Below, in pieces: positions 1 to 13,700 of a stretch of DNA of 64,000 bases (its first letter is position 1; every line of letters begins with the position of its first letter). The notes under the pieces are model-generated. The model worked only from the letters and a program-made list of their open reading frames with translations, was not told the origin of the DNA and searched no databases. Source of the stretch: the human T2T-CHM13v2.0 reference genome, Homo sapiens; the NCBI RefSeq assembly GCF_009914755.1, contig NC_060927.1; one strand, written 5' to 3'. The position numbers and the translations under genes are program-made.

Positions 1-180
1 ATGAGACTCAGTCTATGATAATGTCCAGAGGGAGGTTATCCTAGGCAAAAGAGGAAAGGTGACAAGGATTTGAAGAGAGGAAAGTGCCAGCAAGTTTCCC
101 AGAGCCTCTGGGGTGGACAGGGTGCGACCTTGAACCGTCAGATTCTGACCAAAGCCTTGTGATGACTGGGCAGCCTGGCA

Positions 181-400
181 GAGTGGTTGATAGGGTGGGT
201 TTTAGAGTCTGGGGTCAAACTCTAGTGCTGCTACTTATAGCTGTGCGATGATGGGCATATGGCTAAAGCCTTTGATGCCTCTATTTCCTCATGTGGGAAA
301 TGGGGCAAATGACAGAACTTACCTCCTGGAGCTGCTATGAGATTTACATGAGGAACTTATAGAAAGTGCTTAGCATAGAATCTGGGATATGGCAAACAAC
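181..400 (+). mobile_element. MIR SINE (diverged)
   Basis: MIR core-like 'gcctctatttcctcatgtgggaaatgggg' and 3' 'aaagtgcttagcatagaatctgg'. Confidence 0.7.
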
Positions 401-1669
401 CACATGATTTTATAATCATGGGATCTTTCCCAGAGACAAGCAAGGAAACACTGTTTCTCTCCTTTCCTCCAGGTTTAGCCTTGGATAATGTTAGCACATA
501 CCTGGATGACATCAGCCTAGCTCACTGCATTGTGGCCTTGGCTGAGTTCAAAAGGAAATTCACACCCTCAGCCTTTCTTTACTGAGGCTCAGAGAGAAAG
601 ATGTTAGCATCTGCTGAATCTCAAGTAACACAGTGCTTAATTGTTTGCAAAGTAATTCCCAATGCATTCTTCTTACTCTGCCTGCCCCAGCCCCATTGAG
701 GGAGGTAAGGAGTCCCTACTCCTTCTAACATGCCAGAGTCTCGGCAACCTGCCCAAGGTCAGAAAGCCTGTATAAGAAATGTGATCATTAAATTCTGCAA
801 ACTCTTCCTGCCATGACCCAGCAAGGTGGCACTTTTCTTCTTCCAGACAAATTCTAAAGTCAGTAATCTTTACTTACACCAAGCAGCAGTGAGAGGCACT
901 CACAAATGTTGCTTGATTTCTTATTGTCAAAGTAACCTGGCTGAAGGTAACCACAGGAGGCTTTCCCACTAGGGCATGAAAAGGATTTTTAGGCTTAAAA
1001 ATATTTTCAGAGAAGAAGATAAATCACAAGTAAGGGAACATATGTTTATACAATCAGCCTCAAATGTACACCACAGAAATGAATCATCAGGCTTAAATGT
1101 TTCCCCTGGCCTAACCTATAAGTCCCCAGAGATCAGTGATTAAGTGTCCAATGGTTCTCTAAGAACCCCCCCCTTCAATCCCAGCTCTACTGCATGCAAA
1201 CTAGGAACAATAATTTGTAAAGCTGGTGACAGTAGGGACCAAGCTGCTTTCAAATTTTGCTTTCACTAAGAATTACTAAGTTGTTGGAGTGATTTTGTGT
1301 AAGGCAATACCTCCCCCTTTCCAAATAGCCCCATACCCGCTTTTACAATACATTCTGGCTTTGAAGGAAAACAGGAGAAATGTTACCGCTGGTTCAGCAA
1401 AGGTCAAGTGAGGGGGTAGGGTGGGGGTGCCTGTGGGGTTCTAAGATCACCCAACACTAATGACATTAAACACACTGTCAATCATTTCTTGCCTCAGCTG
1501 AGCCACTGATATCATAACGTGTTTTCTACTGGGGATTTTTGTTCTTTGTGTTAAATAAATCCAGCTATTGTAGCTATTCTCTTTGGCACTTAAATTCCAC
1601 CCTAAGCAATGGCTCAAGGTTAGTGTCACAAATACAAAGCAATATAGCAAGTAAAATGTAAGTACTTGG

Positions 1670-1830
1670 AGTGATGGCTAAAGAGTCCGATTGTGTAGGT
1701 TAGATATCTGAATCTCCTATTGAATTGACTGTGTGATCTTGGGCAACAGAATTCAACCCCATCTGAGCCTCAGTTTTCCCATCTATAAAATAGATTCATT
1801 TAGATAATTTATATAACATGAGTAAAGTAT
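1670..1830 (+). mobile_element. MIR SINE fragment
   Basis: 'tgtgtgatcttgggcaa...ctgagcctcagttttcccatctataaaat' MIR core. Confidence 0.75.
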
Positions 1831-2683
1831 ACCAATGCCAATTCTCTCAGCCTCACCTTTTGTTTTAGCTACTGCTGCATTAAACAGGTCCATACAGGCT
1901 CTGGCCAGCTTTGTGAAGATGTGACCTGATGTGCACACCATGTTCCTCTAGCTTCCTGCTCCCAGGCTTCCCTGCCTTGGTGGTGGGGGCCATCTGCAGG
2001 TTAGTGGCTCATACTCAGGCATGCCCAACCTGGAGTTGCGGGGCATCCTTGACCAAGGGAGGATGACAATTATGAGCATTTCCTTACAGCTCTGTGTGGG
2101 AAAATGTATGCTTTCATGTAAAACTATGCATTGTGTAGACCCTGCAGATATCCCCCCACGTTGTCTGCTCTATGGAAGCTATCTTACAATTCTCTAAATT
2201 ATAAATGACTGATAGCAAGGCAAAATGATTTTTGGCTGTAGACAACCCAATTCTGTCCTCCACAAAGACTTCCTTTCCCACTGGAGTAAAAAGTGGTTTT
2301 GCCTCCATTTATGTCTTCATTTTAATATCCCCAATCTATACATGTATCTGTTCTTTGGATTCTCTTCTGAAGTGCGTAAAATATCTGTGTAGTTCCCTCG
2401 TTGATTATGAGTTAAATAAGTAACATGTGCCCAGATTCATATCTTTATGAAAATTATGACTATATTCTGCTTGCGAAATTACCTTTTAACAGCTCCTTGT
2501 AATGTTCCAAGGGATTAATGCCAGCAGACTTTCTGCATAACACATACTTGCATTTGTTTCCTCCTTCTCTGTTAGACTCTTCCTTGTCCCTCACTATTGG
2601 CTCCTTATGTCACATTATCAAATAAATTACTTATATGCAAGATTTTGTCTTGATCTCCGCTTGCAGGAAAGGGTAGGCCTAAG
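1830..2683 (+). mobile_element. Old ERVL LTR16-like element, probably interrupted by another LTR fragment (~2115-2490)
   Basis: 3' end 'caaataaattacttatatgcaagattttgtcttgatctccgcttgcagg...cctaag' resembles the LTR16 terminus. Confidence 0.45.
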
Positions 2684-2769
2684 TTATTGAAGCATGAAAA
2701 TTATTCTATCAATGTTAGTTATTATTTGGGTATGTTGTCAATATAAATTAAAATCTTGAAACTAATAAT

Positions 2770-2952
2770 GGAAGCCATATATTGAGGATGGCAGAGAAAC
2801 AAGGAGTCTGGGTTTCCAACAATCACAGAAACATTATATCAACCCTGGACTGTATATGTTTACATGAAAGAGAAACAAACATCTCATTTTATATGCCACC
2901 ATCATTTTGAGTTTTCTGTCACTCTTGACTGACCTTCATCCCAACTGATGCA
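2770..2952 (+). mobile_element. MLT1 (MaLR) LTR 3' part
   Basis: 'tgaaagagaaacaaac...gccaccatcattttgagttttctgtcac...aactgatgca' resembles an MLT1J/K-type end. Confidence 0.55.
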
Positions 2953-4179
2953 TCCCTTCTTTTCCTAAGTTCATTCTTGATATGAAAAGGTATCTGCATC
3001 TACATGAAAAAGGCAGAGCTGAGAAGAAGGAAACATCCATGGATGATCAAGTACAGGGTATCCCAGCTCTGGTTGACTACCAATGATGTGGAACTTCACA
3101 GTTGGCTAGAATTCTGCAAGAAGTTTTCCTGGTTAAGATGTGACTTGAGTAGATTCAAAAGGAGTAGTTGGAATTTAAAGTATCAAAATGGACAAGGCAG
3201 GAAATTCAAGGAAGAGAGCTTGAGAAGTAATATGAAGGGGGCAAGGAGTATGGAGTTGGCTGTGGTGGGCAAGAGTGAGACGACCTCCCTGAATAGAGCA
3301 GTAGAGTTCCAGAGAAGATATAAACAGTCCTCAGAGCACCCCTTCTCCTCTGCCCACCTTGAAGTACAGCTGTAGGGGAGCCCTGAGTATCCCTCATTTC
3401 ATAGGACCACGTGGCATTTCCATTCACATCTCTGAATACTCTTTACTCCTTGCTTCCATAAACCTCAAATGGAATTGTTTTGTAGATTCAATGAGATGAA
3501 ATAGCAAAAGGACCTAATGGGATGCTCGTTAATTCTCCCTTTTTTCCTTCCTTTCTCTGATGACACCCACCTTGACACAAAGTTCAGCCCTTGCCAATTC
3601 ATATTGCAGTTTCAAAAACCAGTTTCTAACAGTGGATAATTAAGCCATTTAGCTAGTCTACAAAAACCAACTGGCATATTAAGTCTTTTCTTCCTATATC
3701 TTTTTAAAAAATAGTGATCTTTTCATACCAAATGCTCATTACAATAGCAGTTCCCAAGCCTGGTGTTAATTGTGTCTCTTGTTATACAATTGTAGATCAC
3801 ACTGGCTCTGGACTGCACCATATAATTATTTTTATTCATTAATAGCCAGCACTTAGAAATAAATAGATCCCACCTAGTTATCATTGAAGGGGGCCCTTTT
3901 ACACCCTCAACAAGCACATTATCAGTATGAGTTATGATAGACTGGCTGGAGTTTAAAAATTATGGAAGTTTATATCCACTAACCTAAAAATGTTTGTATA
4001 TGCTTTTGAGGGAGTTTATTACAAGGAGTTCAGAACAGGAGTAGTATAACTCTATAGCCTAAATTTTTAAAAGAGACCTCCCCATGGACGAAATCTAGAA
4101 AGTTCCAGCTAGGTGATTAAGAAAAAGGAGAAACCAAACACCATATGTTTTCACATATGACATAACAAATAAATCACCT

Positions 4180-4373
4180 GGGTATGCGTTAAAGGGTAAG
4201 GGAAAGAGTGCAGAATATAATATGCATATTCCAAGGTTCAAGTCACAGAGATTCTGAGTGAATAAAGCTGTGGCAGCACCAAGGAATATGCAGGAATACA
4301 CATTTTAATAACTTCACTTCCCTAACACTGGGATTTGGATGTAGTGGCCTCTGGACCACATTTTGAAAAACAA
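4180..4373. mobile_element. MER5-like hAT DNA transposon relic
   Basis: 'cagagattctga...cattttaata...tggaccacattttgaaaaaca'. Confidence 0.5.
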
Positions 4374-4475
4374 TATTTAAAGATGTTCATGTGATCACAC
4401 AGGGCTTCTCAATGAGCTCAGAACCCATGCATGGATGGGACCTAACACTGGACAGAGGGATAAAAAATCAGGATG

Positions 4476-4537
4476 TGTCTTGGTTTATTTTGTGCTACTA
4501 TAACAGCATATCACAGACGAGGTCATTTATAAAGAAC
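4476..4537 (-). mobile_element. MST/MLT1A-type LTR terminal fragment
   Basis: 'tgtcttggtttattttgtgctactataacagcatatcacagac...atttataaagaac', the same type of end as at 53843 and 57263. Confidence 0.6.
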
Positions 4538-4552
4538 TCACCGTCTCTTTCT

Positions 4553-6963
<2,411 letters not shown>

Positions 6964-8190
6964 GGGAGTTATGAGACGAAACAGGTAGAACATGCCTAAA
7001 GATTCTACTTTTCCCCAGTTTTACTTTGGTTTCTCTTTTGGAGAGTTATAGGCCTTGAGATTTGTTTTTCATTTATTTTTTTTTTGAGCTTTCTCTTTTG
7101 TAGGAGACAGATTAATACATATTTTTCATTACCAAGGAAATAATACAACACACATATAGAAAAACTGTAGACACCAACTACATTTTATGTTTTTTATTCT
7201 TTACCTCCTAAGTTAACTAACACTAGTGAGCATCCTTCCTGTGGCCTTCTCTATGTACTAAACAAACATACACACACACGAAGATTTTTAACATTTGATT
7301 TTTTTGATACATCATACTATTTGCACTTTGCTGCAACTTGTTTTTAAAGGGAATAATATATTTTGGATACTCTTCAAAATTATTAGAGGATGAGTTTCTA
7401 AATATAGCATCTACATAATGCTCTGTAATATGGCTATGAAAATTCAGTGGCTATTCCTGCCCTCACCACTTGATAAGGTTTTCTTCTGTGGATCTTACCT
7501 TCCTCCTTTTGGCTCTTGATATACAGGTAGAAACCAAGGCATGTGTGATTATTTGAGTTCAAGGATGCTGCTTAAAGTCACACAAGCTCTCCTGAGTTTT
7601 GAACATCAATTGCTGAAACAACCATCACATTTGAATACACTGGTGAAGAGAACAAATAGGGTTCTTGCTCTTGAGAACATTTTATTGTGCATTATGCAAC
7701 AATGGTTACACACAAGAAAAGGAAAGGCTCAAGATAAAAGAGAATTTGGGGTGTAATCAAAAATATAAATTATATCAGTAAGGCAGGTTTGGGGCATTCA
7801 GTACAGATCCCCCCTAGACCTGGCATCCCTGTTGAATTTCAATGCCCTTTTAAATCTTCTTACAGACGATAAAGAAGATGACTGAAAATTGATGGGTAAT
7901 AGAAAAAAGGAGCATCACTCGATTTCTGTTTTGCTTCCACTTTTTCTGTCAGAAGATAGATACTGGTATATATTGAACTGTCAATTTTTAGATCTCTATT
8001 ATTTATCTATATCAATAGATATTGATATGAAAGAAGTGAAACTCAAGCAGGGTGAGGCCTCTAAAATAGTTTTGTGTTTAGGTCTTTGATAAGCAGAATT
8101 TGAGGACACTAAGAGGACTCACAAGTGAGATATGTTAATATGAAGTAGATGAGTATTTGTGAGGGATGCCAGAGAAAAAAATAGCTCTTT

Positions 8191-8420
8191 CATTGATTCA
8201 TTCGGTCAATACATTTATTAAGTATGTTCTGTTTGCCAGACATGTATAGGATAAAATGGAAAACAGAAAGACAAGAACAATGATATCAATGAAATGACAT
8301 TCTACTGAAAGCCTGAGACAATAAACAAGAAAAATAAGTTAATTTGAGATTATAGGTTGTATGAAAGAAAATACTGTGAAGTGAAGGAAATGAAGTCATA
8401 TGTGCTCCTAAGCTACAGTT
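8191..8420 (-). mobile_element. L2 3' fragment
   Basis: 'cattgattcattcggtcaatacatttattaagt...tgccagaca'. Confidence 0.6.
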
Positions 8421-8916
8421 GAAGTATATCACTCATATCTGGCTGCTGTCCCCTTATTTGAAGCCTGACAAACTGGAATCTGTCTAAGGAGACAGATCCT
8501 GATGATAAATAATCTGGGAATCTTGACATTCAAGAAACCATAAAAAGAAATAATGACATGTGGGATAGAAGATTCAAAGGTAATGCGACCCTTGTCTTTA
8601 AATCCTTCAACAGCTGTCATGTGGAAAAGAAATTATTAGACATATATTTGTGTGAATTCAAAATAGATGGGCAGGCCTTTCAATGAGGAAAATATCCAGT
8701 CAATATATAAGAGAAGGTTCCGACAATTAGAACTATCTGAAAATGGACTTCTTTGCTTTGGGAGATAGTGAGCACTTTATCATTAAAGGAAATGAAACTG
8801 AAGGAACTGGACCACTGACTGGGAAAGTTATAGAAGAGATGTGCACGTAAACAACAAAAACAGAAGCCCATCTACCCTTTACTTTCCCTCATAAATAGAC
8901 TATGAGAAAAATAACC

Positions 8917-9641
8917 GGTATTAGTCTGTTTTCACACTGCTATGAAGAATGCCTGAGCCTGGGTAATTTATTGATATGATTTGGCTGTGTCCCCACCCAA
9001 ATCTCATCTTGAATTATAGCTCTGATAACCCCCACATGTTGTGGGAGGGAACTGGTGGGAGGTAATTGAATCATGGGGGTGGATTTTTCCCCTGCTGTTC
9101 TCATGATAGTAAATAAGTCTCATGAGATCTGATGATTTTATAAAGGGCAGTTTCCCTGCATATGCTCTCTTTCCTGCCACCATGTAAGATGTGCCTTTAC
9201 GCTTCCTTTGCCTTCTGCAATGATTGAGAGGCATCCCCAGCCACGTGGAACTGTGAGTCCATTAAACCTCTTTTCTTTATAAATTTCCCAGTCTCAGGTA
9301 TTTCTTCATAGCAGTACGAGAACAGACTAATACATTTATGAAGGAAAGAGGTTTAATTGAGTTACAATTCTGCTTGCCTGAGGAGGCCTCAGGAAACTTA
9401 CAATCATTGGGGAAGAGGAAGCAAGCACATCTTATATGGCAGCAGGCAATAGAGAGAGAGAGAGTGAAGGAGGAAGAGCCCCTTATAAAACCATCAGATC
9501 TTGTGAGAACTCACTCACTATCATGAGAACAGCATGGGGGAAACCACCCTCATAATCCAGTCACCTCCCACCCTCCCTCAATACCTGAGAATTACAATTC
9601 AAGATGAAATTTGGGTGGGAACTCAAAGCCTAACCGTATCA
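8917..9641 (-). mobile_element. THE1D/MSTA-type solo LTR, split by a nested THE1 LTR
   Basis: 'gtattagtctgttttcacactgc...gggtaatttat' resumes at 9340 'gaaggaaagaggtttaattga'...'taaccgtatca'. Confidence 0.85.
8972..9334 (+). mobile_element. THE1 (B/C-like) solo LTR
   Basis: 'tgatatgatttggctgtgtccccacccaaatctc'...'cagactaataca'; perfect 5-bp TSD TTTAT (8967-8971, 9335-9339). Confidence 0.93.
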
Positions 9642-9944
9642 GAACTCCAGTTCAATAACTCACACAGGCCCCTGAAGTGGCAATGTTCCTTGCACTGAAT
9701 TTGGAAGAACTGCAGATGACTAAGTTCCTCTGCCTAAGAACAGAAAAAGAATTTGGTTTTGTTTCTGATTGGGAAGCAACCTAGAAGAGAGGGAAAGGGA
9801 GAAAGTGAAGTTGAAGAAGAGACAAAAGATGGAAAGAGAAGGTCTGTTCTGGAACCTAAGTTGAAGAAGTGGTCTATGGACTGCTTGAAGAGCTGTCTAA
9901 CATCTGATTTCAATTTGTGAGGAGAGCTTACTTCCGAAAATCTT

Positions 9945-9984
9945 ATGTGTGTGTCTGTATGTGTGTGTGTGTTTGTGTGTGTGC
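9945..9984. repeat. imperfect (TG)n microsatellite
   Basis: direct reading. Confidence 0.85.
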
Positions 9985-10209
9985 AGGCACAAACAAGCAC
10001 TTACGTATGGAGGTTCATGTATATCTGTGTTTAAGTTAGGAAACAGGACTGACTGAATTGCATATCACAGTTGACGCGGTCAAACAGAAAAAACAAACTT
10101 TCATTTATTTATACATTTGGCAAATACAAATGAGGCATCTATTATGTTCCACGAGACTCAGGTCTGCAGGTTTTTAGAGCTTATATTTACTAAATATTAA
10201 TTCACAATG

Positions 10210-10474
10210 CCATATTTTATCAAATCAAAGATTATGTTGTTTGTAAGATGCATCATTATTTTATGTAACATTAAAAAAGTTATGGGTGCAGCACACCAAC
10301 ACGGCCCATGTATACATATGTAACTAACCTGCATGTTGTGCACATGTACCCTAAAACTTAAAGTATAATAAAAAAATTACCAATTAAACTGTAACTTCAT
10401 TTTATAAGGTGGATCCCACTTTCAGAGATGTCACAATGTGAAAAATGTCCATCTTAGAATCTAGGAAATAGGGT
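10210..10474. mobile_element. TcMar-Tc2 (MER104/Kanga-like) DNA transposon relic split by an L1 stub
   Basis: degenerate TIRs 'ccatattttatcaaatcaaagat' / 'atcttagaatctaggaaatagg'; internal 'tttcagagatgt..aatgtgaaaaatgt'. Confidence 0.5.
10279..10376 (+). mobile_element. L1PA extreme 3' stub (~100 bp)
   Basis: 'atgggtgcagcacacc...gtaactaacctgc...cacatgtaccctaaaacttaaagtataataaaaaaa'. Confidence 0.92.
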
Positions 10475-10720
10475 GTTCTATTTCTTCGCTTCTATGCTTG
10501 AAATAACACACATTAGGTACAGCTGTCACTGTGTAAGTGGGATGTTGACAAAGGAAGTTTTTCAGAGAATGATGATGGTTGAATGGAATTAAAAGCTAAG
10601 AAAGTAAAACAAAACCAAACAAAGCTATAGCAAGAATTTTGAACTGGAGATGATGATGAGAATATAAGCTTCCAGGTATTCTCAGAAATCTTATTTTATG
10701 GGCCTAGAACTTTCTTATAA

Positions 10721-13700
10721 TTTTTTACTGATACCTAAAAGATGTACATGTTTTCAGAGTACTTGTGATATTTTTATACATTTATGTAATATGTAAAGAT
10801 CAAATTAGACTAGAAACATTTGAATTATTCTCTTCAAGCTATTTTGAAATGTACAATGGCTTGTTGTTAGTAATAGTCACCGTACTGCTCTATTGAGTAC
10901 TTGGTCTTATTTTCTCTATCTAACTGCATATTTGTACCCATTAATCAACCTCTTTTTATCCCCTCTCCTCCTTTATTCTTCCTCCTCTCTGGTAACCACC
11001 ACTCTACTCTCTGTCTTCATAAGATCCACTTCTGTAGCTCCCACATGAGAGAGCACATGCTATATTTGTCTTTCTGAACTTGGCTTATTTCACTTAAAAT
11101 AATAACCCCCAGTTTCATCCATGCTGCTGCAAATGACAGGATTCCATTATTTTTATAGCAAAATAATATTTCATTGTGTATAATATACCACATATTCTTT
11201 ATCCATTAATCCATTGATGGATTAATGGACAGGTTGATTTCATGTCAACTTAGTTTGATATGGTTGATTCCATATATTGGCCATTACATATGGTTGAGAT
11301 ATATATATATATACATACACACACGTATATATATACACATATATATATATGTATATATATATATCTTAGGTTGATTCCATATATTGGCTGTCTTAAGTTG
11401 ATTCAATATATTTGTTGATTGGTTGATTCCATAAATTGCCTGTTATGAATAGTGTTGCAATAAACATGGGAGTGCAGATATCTCTTTGATATATTGATTT
11501 CCTTTCTTTTGCATATATGTTCAGCAGTGTAAATGCTAGATCATATGGTAGTTATATTTTTAGTTTTTTGAGGAACTTCCATACTCTTTTCCATAGTGTC
11601 TGTTCTAATTCACATTCCTACCAACAGTTTATGAGGATTACCCTTTCTCTACATCTTCATCAGAATCCATTATTCTCTGTCATTTTGATAAAAGTCATTT
11701 TGACTTGGGTAAGATGATATCTCATTGTGGTTTTGATTTGTGTTTCTCTGATTATTAGTGATGCTGAACATTTTTTAAATATGCCTGTTGGCCATTTGTG
11801 TATCTTCTTTTGAAAAATGTCTATTCAGCTATTTCCAATTTTAAGTTGGATTATTATTATTATTATTATTGCTGTTGAGTTATTTGAGCCCCTTATATGT
11901 TCTTATTGTTATTTCTTTGTCAGATGGATAATTTGCATTTGCATGGATTATTTCATCCTATTTTGTGGGTTGTCTCTTTGCTTTGCTGATTGTTTCCTTT
12001 TCTGTGTAGAAGCTTTTTAGCTTGATGTAATCCTATTTGTCTATTTTTGCTTTCGTTGCCTCTGCTTTTGAGGCTTTATACAAGAAATCTTTGCCCAGAC
12101 CAATGTCATGGAGCATTTCCCCAATATTTTCTTCTAGTAGTTTTATAGTTTCAGGTCTCAGATTTAAGTTTTTAATTCATTTTGATTTTATATTTGTATA
12201 TGGTGAGAGACAGGAATCCAGTTTCATTCTTCTGCAAATGGTTATCCAGTTTTCTCAGCACTGTTTACTGATACTGAAAGTATCCTTTCCCCCAATTGAA
12301 TGTTCTCATTACTTTGCCAAAAATAAGTTAGCTGTAAATGCATGGATTTTTTGAGCTTGCTATTCTGTTCCATCTGTCCACATGTCTGTTTTTAATGCCA
12401 ATATCATTTTGATTCTGATTTAGTTACTATAGCTTTGCAGTATATTTTGAAGTTAGTGTGATTCCTCCAGATTTATTCTTTTTGCTCAGGATTTTTTTGG
12501 CTATTCTGGCTCTTGTGGTTCTATATAAATTTTAGAAGTTTTTTTCTATTTCTGTAAAGAATGTCATTGCTATTTTGATAAGGATTGCACTGAATCCATA
12601 AATTGTTCTGGGTAGTATTGATATGTTAACAATATTAATTCTTCCAATCTATAAGCATGAAATATCTTCATATTTTGTATCCTCTTCATTTTCTTTCATC
12701 AGTATTTTTATAGTTTTTCTCATACAGATCTTTTACTTCTTTCGTTAAATTGATTTCTAGGTATTTTATATTCCTTGTAGCTATTGAAATAATATTGATT
12801 TCTTGACTTTTTTTCACATTGTTTGCTGTTCACATATAGATATGCTACTGATTTTTGTATGCTGATCTTGTATCCTGCAACTATACTGCATTTGTTTATC
12901 AGTTTGAACCATTTTTTAGAGCAGTGTGTATTTAGGATTTTCTAAATATAAGACCATGCTGTTTACAAACAAGACTAATTTGGCTTCTTCCTTTCCAATC
13001 TGGATGCCCTTTATTTATTTCTCTTGCCTATTTGCTCTGGGTCAGTACTTCCAGTACTGCATATAATAAAAGTGGTGAAAGTGAGCATCTTTGCTTCTCT
13101 CATTCTAGACCTTAAAAGAAAGGTTTTCAATTTTTCCTTATCACTATGATGTTAGCTGTGGGTTTATCATATATGGCCTTTATTAGTTAAGGTATGTTCC
13201 TTCTATACCCAGTTTGTTGAAGATTTTTATCATAAAGGGATACTGAATTTTATCAGATGCTTGTTCAGCATCTATTGAAATGATCATATGGTTTTTGTTC
13301 TCAATTCTGTAAATGTGATGTATCATGTTTATTGATTTGCATATGTGGAATCTTCCTTGCAGCTCTGAAATAAAACTAGTAGTTCAATTTATTATGAGAA
13401 ATGGTCCTTTTTAATATGATGATGAATTCAGTTTGCTAGTATTTTATTGAGAATTTTGCATCTATGTTCATCAGTGATATTGGCCTGTTGTTTTTTCTAC
13501 TGGTTGTGTCCCTGTCTGGTTTTGGTATAAGGTTAATGCTAATCTTGCAGATAAGCTTGAAAATATTCTCTCCTCTTCAATTATTTGAAATCGTTTGAGA
13601 GAATTAGTATAGTTCTTTATATGTTTGGAAGAATTTAGCAATGAAACAATCAGGTTCTGGGCTTTTTATTGAAATTTTAAAATATTCTTATATTTGTATT

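Noticed and set aside
3004-3375. 123-aa ATG-initiated ORF
   Set aside because: No recognisable domain, no promoter or CpG island, and a length reachable by chance in 64 kb.
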